Of a stretch of 64,000 nt of DNA, positions 29,503 to 38,357 are shown piece by piece (the stretch's first letter is position 1; each line of letters starts with the position of its first letter). A program made the translations under genes and the position numbers. The notes under the pieces were generated by a model that worked only from the letters and a program-made list of their open reading frames with translations, was not told the DNA's origin and ran no database searches. Origin of the DNA: Candidatus Omnitrophota bacterium (GTDB lineage Bacteria > Omnitrophota > Omnitrophia > Omnitrophales > Aquincolibacteriaceae); the NCBI GenBank assembly GCA_043732705.1, contig JAYTHE010000032.1:66005-130004 (forward strand), read 5' to 3'.

Positions 29503-30930
29503 ATGGCCAAGATGGAAGCGGATATTGTTGTATTAGGCGCGGGCCCCGGCGGTTATGCAGCGGCTTTTTATGCCGCTACAAAAGGACGTAAAGTTTTATT
29601 GATCGAAAGAGACACCCGTTTGGGCGGCGTTTGTTTAAATCGCGGTTGTATTCCATCTAAAGCCTTGTTACATGCGACAGCGTTAATGAGCGAGGCCCGC
29701 GAAGGTGTTCATTGGGGAATTGAATTCAGCGCTCCTAAAATTAATTTAGAAAAATTACGTGCTTGGAAAGAATCTGTTTTAAGTAAGTTGTCAGAGGGGA
29801 TCCGGGGGTTGGCGAAACGCCGCAACGTGGAAGTGATTCAGGGCCGCGGTCATTTTGAAGGCAATAATGTTCTGCGTTTAGAAACTGAAGACGGACAAAA
29901 GTTTATTCATTATAAAAAATTGATAATGGCTGTCGGTTCCTCACCGGCATTACCGGCTGTTTTTGATTTGGGTAATAAGCGCATCATGACTTCAACGGAA
30001 GCTTTGGAACTTGAAGAAATCCCCGAAACATTGCTGGTTGTCGGCGGCGGTTATATCGGAATGGAATTAGGAACAGTTTATGCCGAGCTCGGCAGTAAAG
30101 TCACCGTTGTTGAAGCATTGGACACGATTCTGGCCGGCGCCGATCAGGATTTAGCGCGTCCGGTACAAGAGTATGCCAAGAAGAATTTTAAAGAGGTGCG
30201 TGTTAAAGCTAAGGTTTCCAAAATGGCAACGCATGGCAAGCAAATTAAAGTTGTTATGGAATATGAAGGCAAAAAGCTTGAAGAAACATATGACCGTGTT
30301 TTGGTTTCGGTGGGGCGTGTGCCGAATACGGGCGACTTAGGTTTAAAAAGTACTTCGATTCAGCTTGATCCCAAGGGTTTTATTAAAGTCAATTCCGGAC
30401 AGCAAACAGATGATCCGGATATTTATGCCATCGGTGACGTTGTCGGTGGGCTAATGCTGGCCCATAAGGCTTCAAAAGAAGCGCGTATTGCCGTTGATCA
30501 GGTTTGCGGTGAAAGCAGTGTTTTTGAGGACGTTGTCATTCCCGCGGTCGTTTTCACTAATCCCGAAGTGGCTTGGTGTGGTTTAACTGAGTCGGATGCG
30601 CGTAAGAAGAATATTGCCGTTGAAGTTGTTAAATTTCCTTGGGCTGCCAGCGGACGCGCAATGACTTTGGACCGCACGGATGGTTTAACAAAACTTATTA
30701 TTGAACCGGGAACCGATCGGATTTTAGGAGTGGGCCTGGTAGGCGTAGGCGCGGGCGACATGATTGCTGAAGGTGTTTTGGCGGTTGAAATGGGCGCGAC
30801 AGCACTTGATTTAGCATCTTGCGTCCATCCGCATCCGACGCTTTCAGAAACTTTGCAGGAAGCCGCGGAAATGTTTTACGGTCACTCATCTCATGCTTAC
30901 TCGCGTCCTCGGGACCATGTTGGGGTTTGA
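29503..30930 (+). CDS. lpdA: Dihydrolipoamide dehydrogenase
   Basis: GAGPGGY, GGVCLNRGCIPSK, GGGYIGME and HPHPTLSE motifs. Confidence 0.97.
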   Translation: MAKMEADIVVLGAGPGGYAAAFYAATKGRKVLLIERDTRLGGVCLNRGCIPSKALLHATALMSEAREGVHWGIEFSAPKINLEKLRAWKESVLSKLSEGIRGLAKRRNVEVIQGRGHFEGNNVLRLETEDGQKFIHYKKLIMAVGSSPALPAVFDLGNKRIMTSTEALELEEIPETLLVVGGGYIGMELGTVYAELGSKVTVVEALDTILAGADQDLARPVQEYAKKNFKEVRVKAKVSKMATHGKQIKVVMEYEGKKLEETYDRVLVSVGRVPNTGDLGLKSTSIQLDPKGFIKVNSGQQTDDPDIYAIGDVVGGLMLAHKASKEARIAVDQVCGESSVFEDVVIPAVVFTNPEVAWCGLTESDARKKNIAVEVVKFPWAASGRAMTLDRTDGLTKLIIEPGTDRILGVGLVGVGAGDMIAEGVLAVEMGATALDLASCVHPHPTLSETLQEAAEMFYGHSSHAYSRPRDHVGV

Positions 30931-30974
30931 CCAATAATAGTTTTGAATCGGTAGTATAATATCTCAGGTAAAAA

Positions 30975-31448
30975 ATGCGCCCCATACAAGAACTTGTAAA
31001 AAATATTAAAATCGGTCAAATCGTTAATCCACGGTTGATCCAAGCCCCGCCTGAAATTACTGTTCGCACTGCGGTTGAGATCATGCAAAACAACAAATCA
31101 GGCTATATTGTAATTGCTGATCACCAAAGAAAAGTGGTCGGAATTTTTACCGAAACTGATGTGCTGCAAAAAGTTTTTGGAAAAAAAGATGCATGGGAAA
31201 AGCCCGTGTCACAGTATATGACTCAAAATCCCAAAGTTCTCAGCGTGCGTGATACGGTCGGCCAGGCGATTGAGCTCATGGGTAAAAATCACTTTTACCA
31301 TATTCCGCTTGTGGACGAAAAGGCGGCACTTGTGAATGTTATTTCGGTGCGGACACTGATTCGATTTTTGGCGGAGTTTTACCCGACGGAAATTTATAAT
31401 TTGCCGCCCCGATATAATCAGATTATGGAAACCGCAGAGGGCGGGTAA
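30975..31448 (+). CDS. CBS-pair protein
   Basis: VVGIFTETD, MTQNP and HIPLVD CBS signatures. Confidence 0.88.
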   Translation: MRPIQELVKNIKIGQIVNPRLIQAPPEITVRTAVEIMQNNKSGYIVIADHQRKVVGIFTETDVLQKVFGKKDAWEKPVSQYMTQNPKVLSVRDTVGQAIELMGKNHFYHIPLVDEKAALVNVISVRTLIRFLAEFYPTEIYNLPPRYNQIMETAEGG

Positions 31449-31572
31449 AGCGATTTTTTTGTTTGCTGAGCAAGCCTCAGCAAACACTTTTAGAATTTAT
31501 TTTACGTTTGCGATCCTCGATAAAACTCGGATCGCAGTTGCGCGAAGCGCAGAGCAAATAGGAAATAATAGA

Positions 31573-33438
31573 ATGGATACTGAAAAAGAAACGAAGCATG
31601 TGCAGAAGCAGGAGCCTCAGGAGCTTTCCGCGATTACAGTGAGATTTGCAGGCGATTCCGGCGACGGAATGCAGCTGACAGGTGATCAATTTACTGACAC
31701 GACGGCGATGATGGGCAATGACTTTGCAACGTTTCCGGATTATCCGGCTGAAATTCGCGCTCCGGTTGGTACGCTTCCCGGAGTGAGCAGTTTTCAAATT
31801 CAATTTTCTAAATCCATTATTTTTACTCCGGGCGACATGTCGGATGTTTTGGTCGCGATGAATCCTGCCGCGCTCAAAGTTAACCTTTCCAATATTAAGA
31901 AAAATGGTTTGATCATTGTTAACTCGGACGCGTTCAATGAAATCAATTTGCGGAAATCTGCCTGGAAAGTGAATCCGCTTTTAGATGAAACGCTTAAAGA
32001 TTTTCAAGTTATCAAGGTTCCGCTTTCAGAACTGACAAAAAACGCGCTTAAAGAACATCCGTTGAAGCTGACAGAAGTTGACCGCTGCAAAAACTTTTTC
32101 GCGTTGGGAATGATGTTTTGGCTTTATGACCGGGTTTTAGATCACACCGTTGATTGGATTACAAAAAAGTTTGTAAAAAAACCCGAGATGGTAAATGCCA
32201 ATGTGGCCGCACTTAAAGCCGGGTACAATTTTGCTGATATCACCGAAACTTTGCCGACTCAATACCGGATTCCTAAAACAAAAATGGAGCCGGGCACTTA
32301 CCGTAAAATTTCAGGCAATGAAGCAACCGCGATTGGGTTGATTACTGCCGCGCAGCTTGCGGGCAAGACTCTTTTTTATGGTTCCTATCCCATTACGCCT
32401 GCAAGCAATATTTTGCATGATTTGGCACGCTACAAAAATTTTGGCGTGCGGACTTTCCAGGCTGAAGATGAGATCGCCGCGATGGGAACAACCATTGGCG
32501 CGGCCTTCGGCGGTGCGATCGGCGTTACGGGCACCAGCGGCCCGGGAATTTGTTTAAAGTCCGAAGCACTTGGTTTGGCTGTTATGGCCGAACTTCCCGT
32601 GGTTGTGATTGATGTGCAGCGTGGCGGGCCAAGTACCGGTATGCCCACAAAAACCGAACAAACAGATTTGTTGCAGGTGATGTTTGGCCGCAACGGAGAA
32701 TCTCCTGTAGCGGTTGTTGCACCCAAGACGCCTTCGGATTGCTTTGCGATGGCGTTAGAAGCTGTGCGCTTGGCTTTGACGCATATGACACCGGTTATCT
32801 TTTTGTCGGAAGGTTATTTGGCGAATGCGGCGGAACCCTGGAAACTTCCTAAAATCGAAGATCTGCCAAAAATCGAAATTAAGCATCCTGTTGCTGAAGA
32901 GGGTAAACCTTTTTATCCGTATGCGCGCGATGAAAAGACATTGGCCCGTCCCTGGGCGCTTCCGGGAACGCCAGGGCTTGAGCATCGCATCGGAGGGCTT
33001 TCGAAAGCTGATTTAACCGGGAACGTAAGCTATGACCCTGAAAATAATCAAAAGATGATTAATTATCGTGCTGAAAAAGTGGCGCGCATCGCGAATGATA
33101 TTCCTGAAATTGAAGTCCGCGGCGAGCAGAAAGGGAAATTGTTGATTTTGGGATGGGGTGGAACCTTTGGCGCGATTTTCCAGGGAATGGAAGAGCTTGC
33201 AGGTCAGGGTATTCATGTTTCGCATGCTCATTTAAATTATCTCAATCCGTTTCCAAGAAATTTAGGCAAGGTGCTTTCTAGCTTTGAGAAAATTTTAATT
33301 CCCGAATTGAATATGGGGCAGCTTTTAATGTTAATTCGAAATGGCTTTCCCGGAGTGAACGCGGTGGGTCTGAATAAAGTCAAAGGTTTGCCGTTTCATG
33401 GTGCCGAAATCGCCGAGCGAGTGAAGGAGCTTTTATGA
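31573..33438 (+). CDS. korA: 2-oxoacid:ferredoxin oxidoreductase alpha subunit (gamma-alpha fusion)
   Basis: RFAGDSGDGMQLTG, YPAEIRAP, GSYPITPA, QAEDEIA and QRGGPSTGMPT motifs; substrate not determinable. Confidence 0.92.
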   Translation: MDTEKETKHVQKQEPQELSAITVRFAGDSGDGMQLTGDQFTDTTAMMGNDFATFPDYPAEIRAPVGTLPGVSSFQIQFSKSIIFTPGDMSDVLVAMNPAALKVNLSNIKKNGLIIVNSDAFNEINLRKSAWKVNPLLDETLKDFQVIKVPLSELTKNALKEHPLKLTEVDRCKNFFALGMMFWLYDRVLDHTVDWITKKFVKKPEMVNANVAALKAGYNFADITETLPTQYRIPKTKMEPGTYRKISGNEATAIGLITAAQLAGKTLFYGSYPITPASNILHDLARYKNFGVRTFQAEDEIAAMGTTIGAAFGGAIGVTGTSGPGICLKSEALGLAVMAELPVVVIDVQRGGPSTGMPTKTEQTDLLQVMFGRNGESPVAVVAPKTPSDCFAMALEAVRLALTHMTPVIFLSEGYLANAAEPWKLPKIEDLPKIEIKHPVAEEGKPFYPYARDEKTLARPWALPGTPGLEHRIGGLSKADLTGNVSYDPENNQKMINYRAEKVARIANDIPEIEVRGEQKGKLLILGWGGTFGAIFQGMEELAGQGIHVSHAHLNYLNPFPRNLGKVLSSFEKILIPELNMGQLLMLIRNGFPGVNAVGLNKVKGLPFHGAEIAERVKELL

Positions 33439-34472
33439 GTCCCGAAACATTAACACCGGCACCGGTGCCGTATCAAAAAGCGGACTTCGAATCCAATCAA
33501 GAAGTCCGTTGGTGTCCCGGTTGTGGCGACTATTCGATTCTTGCGACAATGCAGAGAACTTTAACCAAGTTCAATCGCCCGAAACACGAATATGCTTTTA
33601 TTTCTGGCATTGGCTGTTCAAGTCGCTTTCCTTATTACATGAATACGTATGGATTTCATACGATTCATGGGCGCGCGCCCACAATTGCGTCCGGCTTGCG
33701 CTGCGTGAATCCGAATCTTTCGATTTGGGTCATTACCGGCGACGGTGATGGCCTCAGTATTGGAGGCAATCATTTAATTCATTGTATGCGCCGCAATATC
33801 AATCTGAATATCTTGCTTGTGAATAATGAGATCTATGGTTTGACCAAAGGTCAATATTCACCGACTTCGCGTGTCGGAACAGTGACCAAGTCAACGCCGA
33901 TGGGATCGATTGATTATCCGTTGAACGCGCTTTGTGTTGCGATCGCTTCGGAAGCGACTTTTATCGCGCGCACTTTAGATTCGGATCCGAATCACATGAG
34001 CATGATTATGGAACGCGCTGAAAAACACAAAGGTGTTTCGTTTGTGGAGATTTTACAGAACTGTGTTATTTTTAATGATAAGGTTCACGCGCCGGTAGTG
34101 GCCCGCGAAAACCGCGAAGACCGCATGATTTACCTTGAGCATGGCAAGCCGCTTCTGTTCGGAAAAAATAAAGCGAAGGCGATTCGGCTGAGCGGGCTGC
34201 GCGCAGAGATCGCCGATGCAAACGATGCGGATGCTAAAGAGCATTTACTAATTCATAACGAGAAAGATGCGACCCCGAATTACGCGTACTTGCTGACGCA
34301 GATGACTTATCCGGAAATGCCGGTGCCTTTCGGTGTTTTTCGCGATATTGACCGTCCTACTTATGATGAACTGATGCTCGGCCAGGAAAAGGCGGCATTA
34401 GAAGCGCGCGGCAAAGGCGATTTAAAAAAATTGATTTACGGTTCGAATACTTGGGAGGTAAAACCTACATGA
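33435..34472 (+). CDS. korB: 2-oxoacid:ferredoxin oxidoreductase beta subunit
   Basis: WCPGCGD, SGIGCSSR, HTIHGRA, GDGD and YGLTKGQYSPT motifs. Confidence 0.93.
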   Translation: MSPETLTPAPVPYQKADFESNQEVRWCPGCGDYSILATMQRTLTKFNRPKHEYAFISGIGCSSRFPYYMNTYGFHTIHGRAPTIASGLRCVNPNLSIWVITGDGDGLSIGGNHLIHCMRRNINLNILLVNNEIYGLTKGQYSPTSRVGTVTKSTPMGSIDYPLNALCVAIASEATFIARTLDSDPNHMSMIMERAEKHKGVSFVEILQNCVIFNDKVHAPVVARENREDRMIYLEHGKPLLFGKNKAKAIRLSGLRAEIADANDADAKEHLLIHNEKDATPNYAYLLTQMTYPEMPVPFGVFRDIDRPTYDELMLGQEKAALEARGKGDLKKLIYGSNTWEVKPT

Positions 34473-34984
34473 TTCTTCATCGTAAACCCGGCGATTCTCA
34501 CGAAAATTCAGTGAAGCATGTTTTTCATCCGGGTGACAAAGTTCCCATGAGCGCGGGCGCTCAGCGGAGTCCGTCTGACGAATACCAAAATATTATGATG
34601 GAAAAGCCGGTTTCTGAACTTCTTAGTAAGAAAAGTTTTTTGTATGTTCTGCCCTCTGACTCGGTTGAAAAAATCGTTCATATTTTGCAAAAAGAAAAGC
34701 AAAGCGCCGTTCTCATTATTCAGCATGAACGTCTCATGGGGATTGTCAGTAAACGTGATCTTTTGCGAAGAACCGCGGGAAATGAAACCAAGCTTTCGAG
34801 TATGAAAGCTTTGGACGTGATGACCGCCAACCCTGAGATTGTAAAAGCAGCTGACCCGCTTTCTTTCGCGGTTAATAAAATGGCCATGGGCGGCTTTAGG
34901 CATTTACCGGTTTTATCTGAAGAAGGGGATCCGATCGGGATTATCTCGATTCAGGATGTATTGAGTTTTTTAGCTCAGCTTTAA
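34469..34984 (+). CDS. CBS-pair protein
   Basis: GIVSKRD, VMTANP and GGFRHLPV motifs. Confidence 0.88.
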   Translation: MILHRKPGDSHENSVKHVFHPGDKVPMSAGAQRSPSDEYQNIMMEKPVSELLSKKSFLYVLPSDSVEKIVHILQKEKQSAVLIIQHERLMGIVSKRDLLRRTAGNETKLSSMKALDVMTANPEIVKAADPLSFAVNKMAMGGFRHLPVLSEEGDPIGIISIQDVLSFLAQL

Positions 34985-34999
34985 CAGTTTCTTTTTTGC

Positions 35000-35021
35000 C
35001 TCTGTGCTTTGGGCACAACCG
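35000..35021 (+). repeat. CTCT-hairpin-AACCG motif, copy 7
   Basis: ctc-tgtgct-ttg-ggcaca-accg after the CBS gene stop. Confidence 0.72.
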
Positions 35022-35063
35022 GCGATTTAATTTCTCATCTATTTCTCGACCTTTTCATATCAA

Positions 35064-35103
35064 GTGCCCGTAGCTCAGTTGGATAGAGCAACAGATTTCT
35101 AAT
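35064..35103 (+). pseudogene. 5' half of tRNA-Arg(TCT), truncated just after the anticodon loop
   Basis: gtgcccg-ta-gctcagttggatagagc-a-acaga-ttTCTaa-t; no T-arm or acceptor complement (cgggcac) follows. Confidence 0.82.
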
Positions 35104-35263
35104 TTGATTCAGCTGTTTTCATAACTACTTAAAAAATAACGCTTTTTATTGTCAGTTCAACACTTGCGCGAAAATCTCTTGTTGATTAATATACTCTAAA
35201 ATGCCCAATTTACCGAAGTTAGACAGGGGACAGGTACAAAAGCAGGTCTGTTTGCAGGAGTTT

Positions 35264-35309
35264 TCAGGGTATCTCCTTATCCTGATCAAACTAGCCACTG
35301 CTATAGAAT
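35264..35309 (+). promoter_or_regulatory. 17-bp box plus -10 element (orphan promoter)
   Basis: tcagggtatctccttat, 23 nt, TAGAAT. Confidence 0.5.
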
Positions 35310-35584
35310 ATAGAGACTTTCTCTATACGAGGGCAGGTTGGTTGAACTCCATTTTTTAATATTAGCTTTCACTAACGATGAAGGCAAGTTTTGAGCATGA
35401 AGCTGTTGCTTCAGTTCAAAGATATGTCAGACCGAAGGCACATGGTACCACCCGCAAAAGAAATCAATCTTTTTTTTCAAGAGAGTGATATGCAAATGCA
35501 ATGATTCCGAACGCAATAAGCAAAACTGCAAAAATTGCATTTTGGTTCATAAAAAAACTGATTTTATACCCTGATTTTTAGCAA

Positions 35585-35734
35585 TTAAAGTTTTTTATTT
35601 CCACCGATAAGATTAACCAACACCATGACCACGGCAACAACGAGCAGGATATGAATAAATCCACCCATGGTATAACTGCTTACTAAACCCAAAACCCATA
35701 AAACTAAAAGCACAACAGCAATTGTGTACAACAT
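35585..35734 (-). CDS. lmo0937-family small membrane protein (49 aa; not in ORF track)
   Basis: MLYTIAVVLLVLWVLGLVSSYTMGGFIHILLVVAVVMVLVNLIGGNKKL; RBS aagga. Confidence 0.88.
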   Translation of the reverse strand: MLYTIAVVLLVLWVLGLVSSYTMGGFIHILLVVAVVMVLVNLIGGNKKL

Positions 35735-35752
35735 ACACGCTCCTTATAGTTG

Positions 35753-35788
35753 TCGCATCCGAGTGAAAATTTTTTCACTCGGATGCGA
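35753..35788. repeat. Perfect intergenic hairpin between the BON and lmo0937-family genes
   Basis: tcgcatccgagtgaaaa / ttttcactcggatgcga inverted repeat. Confidence 0.7.
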
Positions 35789-35797
35789 AGTTTATTC

Positions 35798-36592
35798 TTA
35801 GATATTTTTAGGAGTGTTAACTGACATATTGTTGACGATGCTTTGAACGCCGACAATATCGCTCGTGAGTTTTGTCACGAGGTCTTTTTCCGCGCCATTT
35901 TTAGCGTCACCGTTTAATGTCACGATACCGTCCTTGGTCGAGACGGAAGTTTTAACTGCGCTCGTAGAGCGATGAGTCAAAAGCGCCATTTTAACCTGAG
36001 CGGTAATCGACGCATCATCAATTTTCTCTTGCATCGTTTGTTTTGTATCTCCCTTGACCGTTTGATCCGAATTACTTTGTGCATTTGCGACAGTCATTTC
36101 ATTTTTAACTTCCCGAACACCTTCAATATCCGCGTATTCAGCAGTCAATTCCTTTTGAGATTCGCTGGCCGCTTCTCCGCGCAATGTGACAATGCCTTCC
36201 TCGACATACACCTGTGTGTTCGTGGCGCTTACATTTCGGTGGAAGAGCAGCGCAGCTTTGATATTCAGCGCAAGCCACGCATTCGATTTTTCGTCCGGAT
36301 AGCCTACTTTGAGTTCTAAGAGGTTATCAACTTTGGTAACGCCCGGCAGATTGGATACAGTTTCTTGAGCCAATGCTTTGTGGGATTGTTGATTGACTGT
36401 TCCTGACAAGGTCACCATACCGTTTTTGGAAGTCGCTTTGACAGCGTCCTCTTTGAGGTAGGTTTTGAACACATAGGATTCTTTAGCGGAGGACTCAATA
36501 CGATCATCCATTTCGGAAGCACGAAGCGGCGTGCTTGCTGACAGAAGAGCCATTACAGCCACGGTTAGAATTCGTTGATAATTAAATTTCAT
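35798..36592 (-). CDS. Periplasmic triple-BON domain protein (OsmY-like)
   Basis: Signal peptide; three repeats of G.VTL.G...V..V.N.M/L; DDASITAQVK. Confidence 0.9.
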   Translation of the reverse strand: MKFNYQRILTVAVMALLSASTPLRASEMDDRIESSAKESYVFKTYLKEDAVKATSKNGMVTLSGTVNQQSHKALAQETVSNLPGVTKVDNLLELKVGYPDEKSNAWLALNIKAALLFHRNVSATNTQVYVEEGIVTLRGEAASESQKELTAEYADIEGVREVKNEMTVANAQSNSDQTVKGDTKQTMQEKIDDASITAQVKMALLTHRSTSAVKTSVSTKDGIVTLNGDAKNGAEKDLVTKLTSDIVGVQSIVNNMSVNTPKNI

Positions 36593-36632
36593 AGAACCAT
36601 CCTTCGTTTTTAGTTTGTTTTGCGATCCGAGC

Positions 36633-36677
36633 ATCATGGCTCGAAAGAAAGTAAAAAACTATGGGGTTAAACCCTAT
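36633..36677 (-). promoter_or_regulatory. 17-bp box plus -10 element for the BON gene
   Basis: On the minus strand: atagggtttaaccccat, 22 nt, CATGAT. Confidence 0.6.
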
Positions 36678-36695
36678 TGCAACCTTTTATTGAAC

Positions 36696-36740
36696 GTAAG
36701 GGTTTGCCTGATAGGCCGATGTAGGCAATCGGCTTATAGT
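36696..36740 (+). promoter_or_regulatory. 17-bp box plus -10 element for the kinase-regulator operon
   Basis: gtaagggtttgcctgat, 22 nt, TATAGT. Confidence 0.55.
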
Positions 36741-36789
36741 TACATGGATTTGATCCAAAGAATTATCGCAGCCGCCGGGCAGGGTGTTT

Positions 36790-37557
36790 ATGCCGAAAAA
36801 GTTAAAACAGATGATTCTCAAGCATAAAGTTGTGAGTAGAAGACTCGCAACAAGAGAACAGCATTACAGTCACTTGCTGGAGCAGTCGCGCTACAGTGAA
36901 AAGCATTTTCGCCGCCTGGCCCGCCAGATTCTTCTGACGCAAGAAAAGGAACGTAAACAAATCAGCCGCGAGCTTCACGATGGAATCGCCCAGACTTTGG
37001 CGGGAATCAATCTTTATCTTGAGACGCTCAAGGTCAAGACCGCCGTCAGTGGCAATGGCTCCACAAAAAAAATCACGCTTGCCCAAAGTCTTGTCGAAAA
37101 ATCGTTGAAAATCGTGCTGGGCTTTGCTCGTGACCTGCGTCCGACGCTTTTGGATGATTTGGGGCTTTTCCCTGCTTTGCAAGCGCATATGAAAAGCTTT
37201 ACAAAACGCACCGGTATTTTGATCCGTTTTAAAACTTTTCAAGGTGAGGAGAAATTAAACAGTGTTAAACGCACGGTGCTTTACCGCGTTGCGCAAGCCA
37301 CTCTTGAAAATGTCGCACGGCATGCGCAGGCGAGCCTTGTGAAAATTAAAATTCAAAAAATAACCCGCTTCATTCAAATGGAAATCAAAGATAACGGAAA
37401 ATCTTTTCGAGTTAAGAACTTGTCACCGGTTACAAAAAGTAATCGGTTGAGTTTGCATGGTATGCGTGAGTATGTTGAGATGGTAGGGGGGCGCTTTACC
37501 GTAAAATCTATAATGGGCATCGGCACAACGGTTAAGGTTGAGGTTCCATTCCTATGA
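36790..37557 (+). CDS. Cytoplasmic HisKA_3 (DegS/NarX-type) histidine kinase without a sensor domain
   Basis: QEKERKQISRELHDGIAQ, LRPTLLDDLGL, NVARHA and DNGK motifs. Confidence 0.85.
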   Translation: MPKKLKQMILKHKVVSRRLATREQHYSHLLEQSRYSEKHFRRLARQILLTQEKERKQISRELHDGIAQTLAGINLYLETLKVKTAVSGNGSTKKITLAQSLVEKSLKIVLGFARDLRPTLLDDLGLFPALQAHMKSFTKRTGILIRFKTFQGEEKLNSVKRTVLYRVAQATLENVARHAQASLVKIKIQKITRFIQMEIKDNGKSFRVKNLSPVTKSNRLSLHGMREYVEMVGGRFTVKSIMGIGTTVKVEVPFL

Positions 37558-38243
37558 AAAAAAACACCGCGAGGACCACAGTTTTGCTTGTGGATGATCA
37601 CGCTGTGCTCCGTGAAGGGCTTCGGATGGTACTGGAAGCCGAAAAAGATATGCACGTCATCGCCGAGGCTCGCAGCGGGCGTGAGGCTGTTGAGTTTGTT
37701 AAACAGTTTCGGCCCGATGTGGTTGTCATGGATATTGCCATGCCGCTTCTCAATGGATTTGAAGCCGCCAGGCAGATCATAAAATCTTTTTCCGCCACAA
37801 GAATTTTGATTCTTTCGGCCTATAGTGATGATGAGTACATTGATCAAATGATCGCGATCGGTGTCGCCGGGTACTTGATCAAACAAAGCTCCGCGCAGAT
37901 TTTATCTAAAGCAATACGAGAGGTCAGCAAAGGCCGCTTGTTTTTCAGCGCGGAAATTGCAAAGCGCCTCGAAGAGAAAAATAAAAAGTCATTGGGGCGC
38001 AATGGAGTCCTTAAAAATAAAAATATACGATTGAGTTCGCGCGAAGCCGAAGTCCTTCAGCTGATTGCTGAAGGCAAAGCGAATAAGGAAATTGCTTCAG
38101 AATTAACGATTAGTATTAAAACAGTCGAGAAGCACCGCCAACATCTGATGGAAAAACTCAATATTCATGATACCGCCGGGCTGACTCGCCACGCTATTTC
38201 TGCGGGAGTGATTGAAAGTAGTATTCAGTTGCCCGTTCGTTAG
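37554..38243 (+). CDS. NarL/LuxR-family response regulator
   Basis: VDDH, MDIAMP and LSSREAEVLQLIAEGKANKEIA..L.IS.KTVEKHR motifs. Confidence 0.95.
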   Translation: MKKNTARTTVLLVDDHAVLREGLRMVLEAEKDMHVIAEARSGREAVEFVKQFRPDVVVMDIAMPLLNGFEAARQIIKSFSATRILILSAYSDDEYIDQMIAIGVAGYLIKQSSAQILSKAIREVSKGRLFFSAEIAKRLEEKNKKSLGRNGVLKNKNIRLSSREAEVLQLIAEGKANKEIASELTISIKTVEKHRQHLMEKLNIHDTAGLTRHAISAGVIESSIQLPVR

Positions 38244-38275
38244 GCTCCTGCGGAAAGATGATTGTTTTCAACTCA

Positions 38276-38320
38276 TTAGGGGAATACCCCATATTGTCTG
38301 TCTTGTTTACAGCATACGAT
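38276..38320 (+). promoter_or_regulatory. 17-bp box plus -10 element
   Basis: ttaggggaataccccat, 22 nt, TACGAT. Confidence 0.65.
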
Positions 38321-38357
38321 CTTGTCCAAGAATGGTTTTCAACCTAAAGAGGAATGA

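Noticed and set aside
30927-30960. Sigma-70 promoter before the first CBS gene (TTGACC ... TATAAT)
   Set aside because: The spacer is 22 nt, too long; only the -10 is convincing.
35100-35600. Group I intron interrupting tRNA-Arg
   Set aside because: No 3' tRNA exon and no recognisable group I core found in the following several hundred bases.
37374-37886. Long antisense ORFs such as this 170-aa one
   Set aside because: Shadow frames opposite well-supported genes; the same applies to most minus-strand ORFs in the track.
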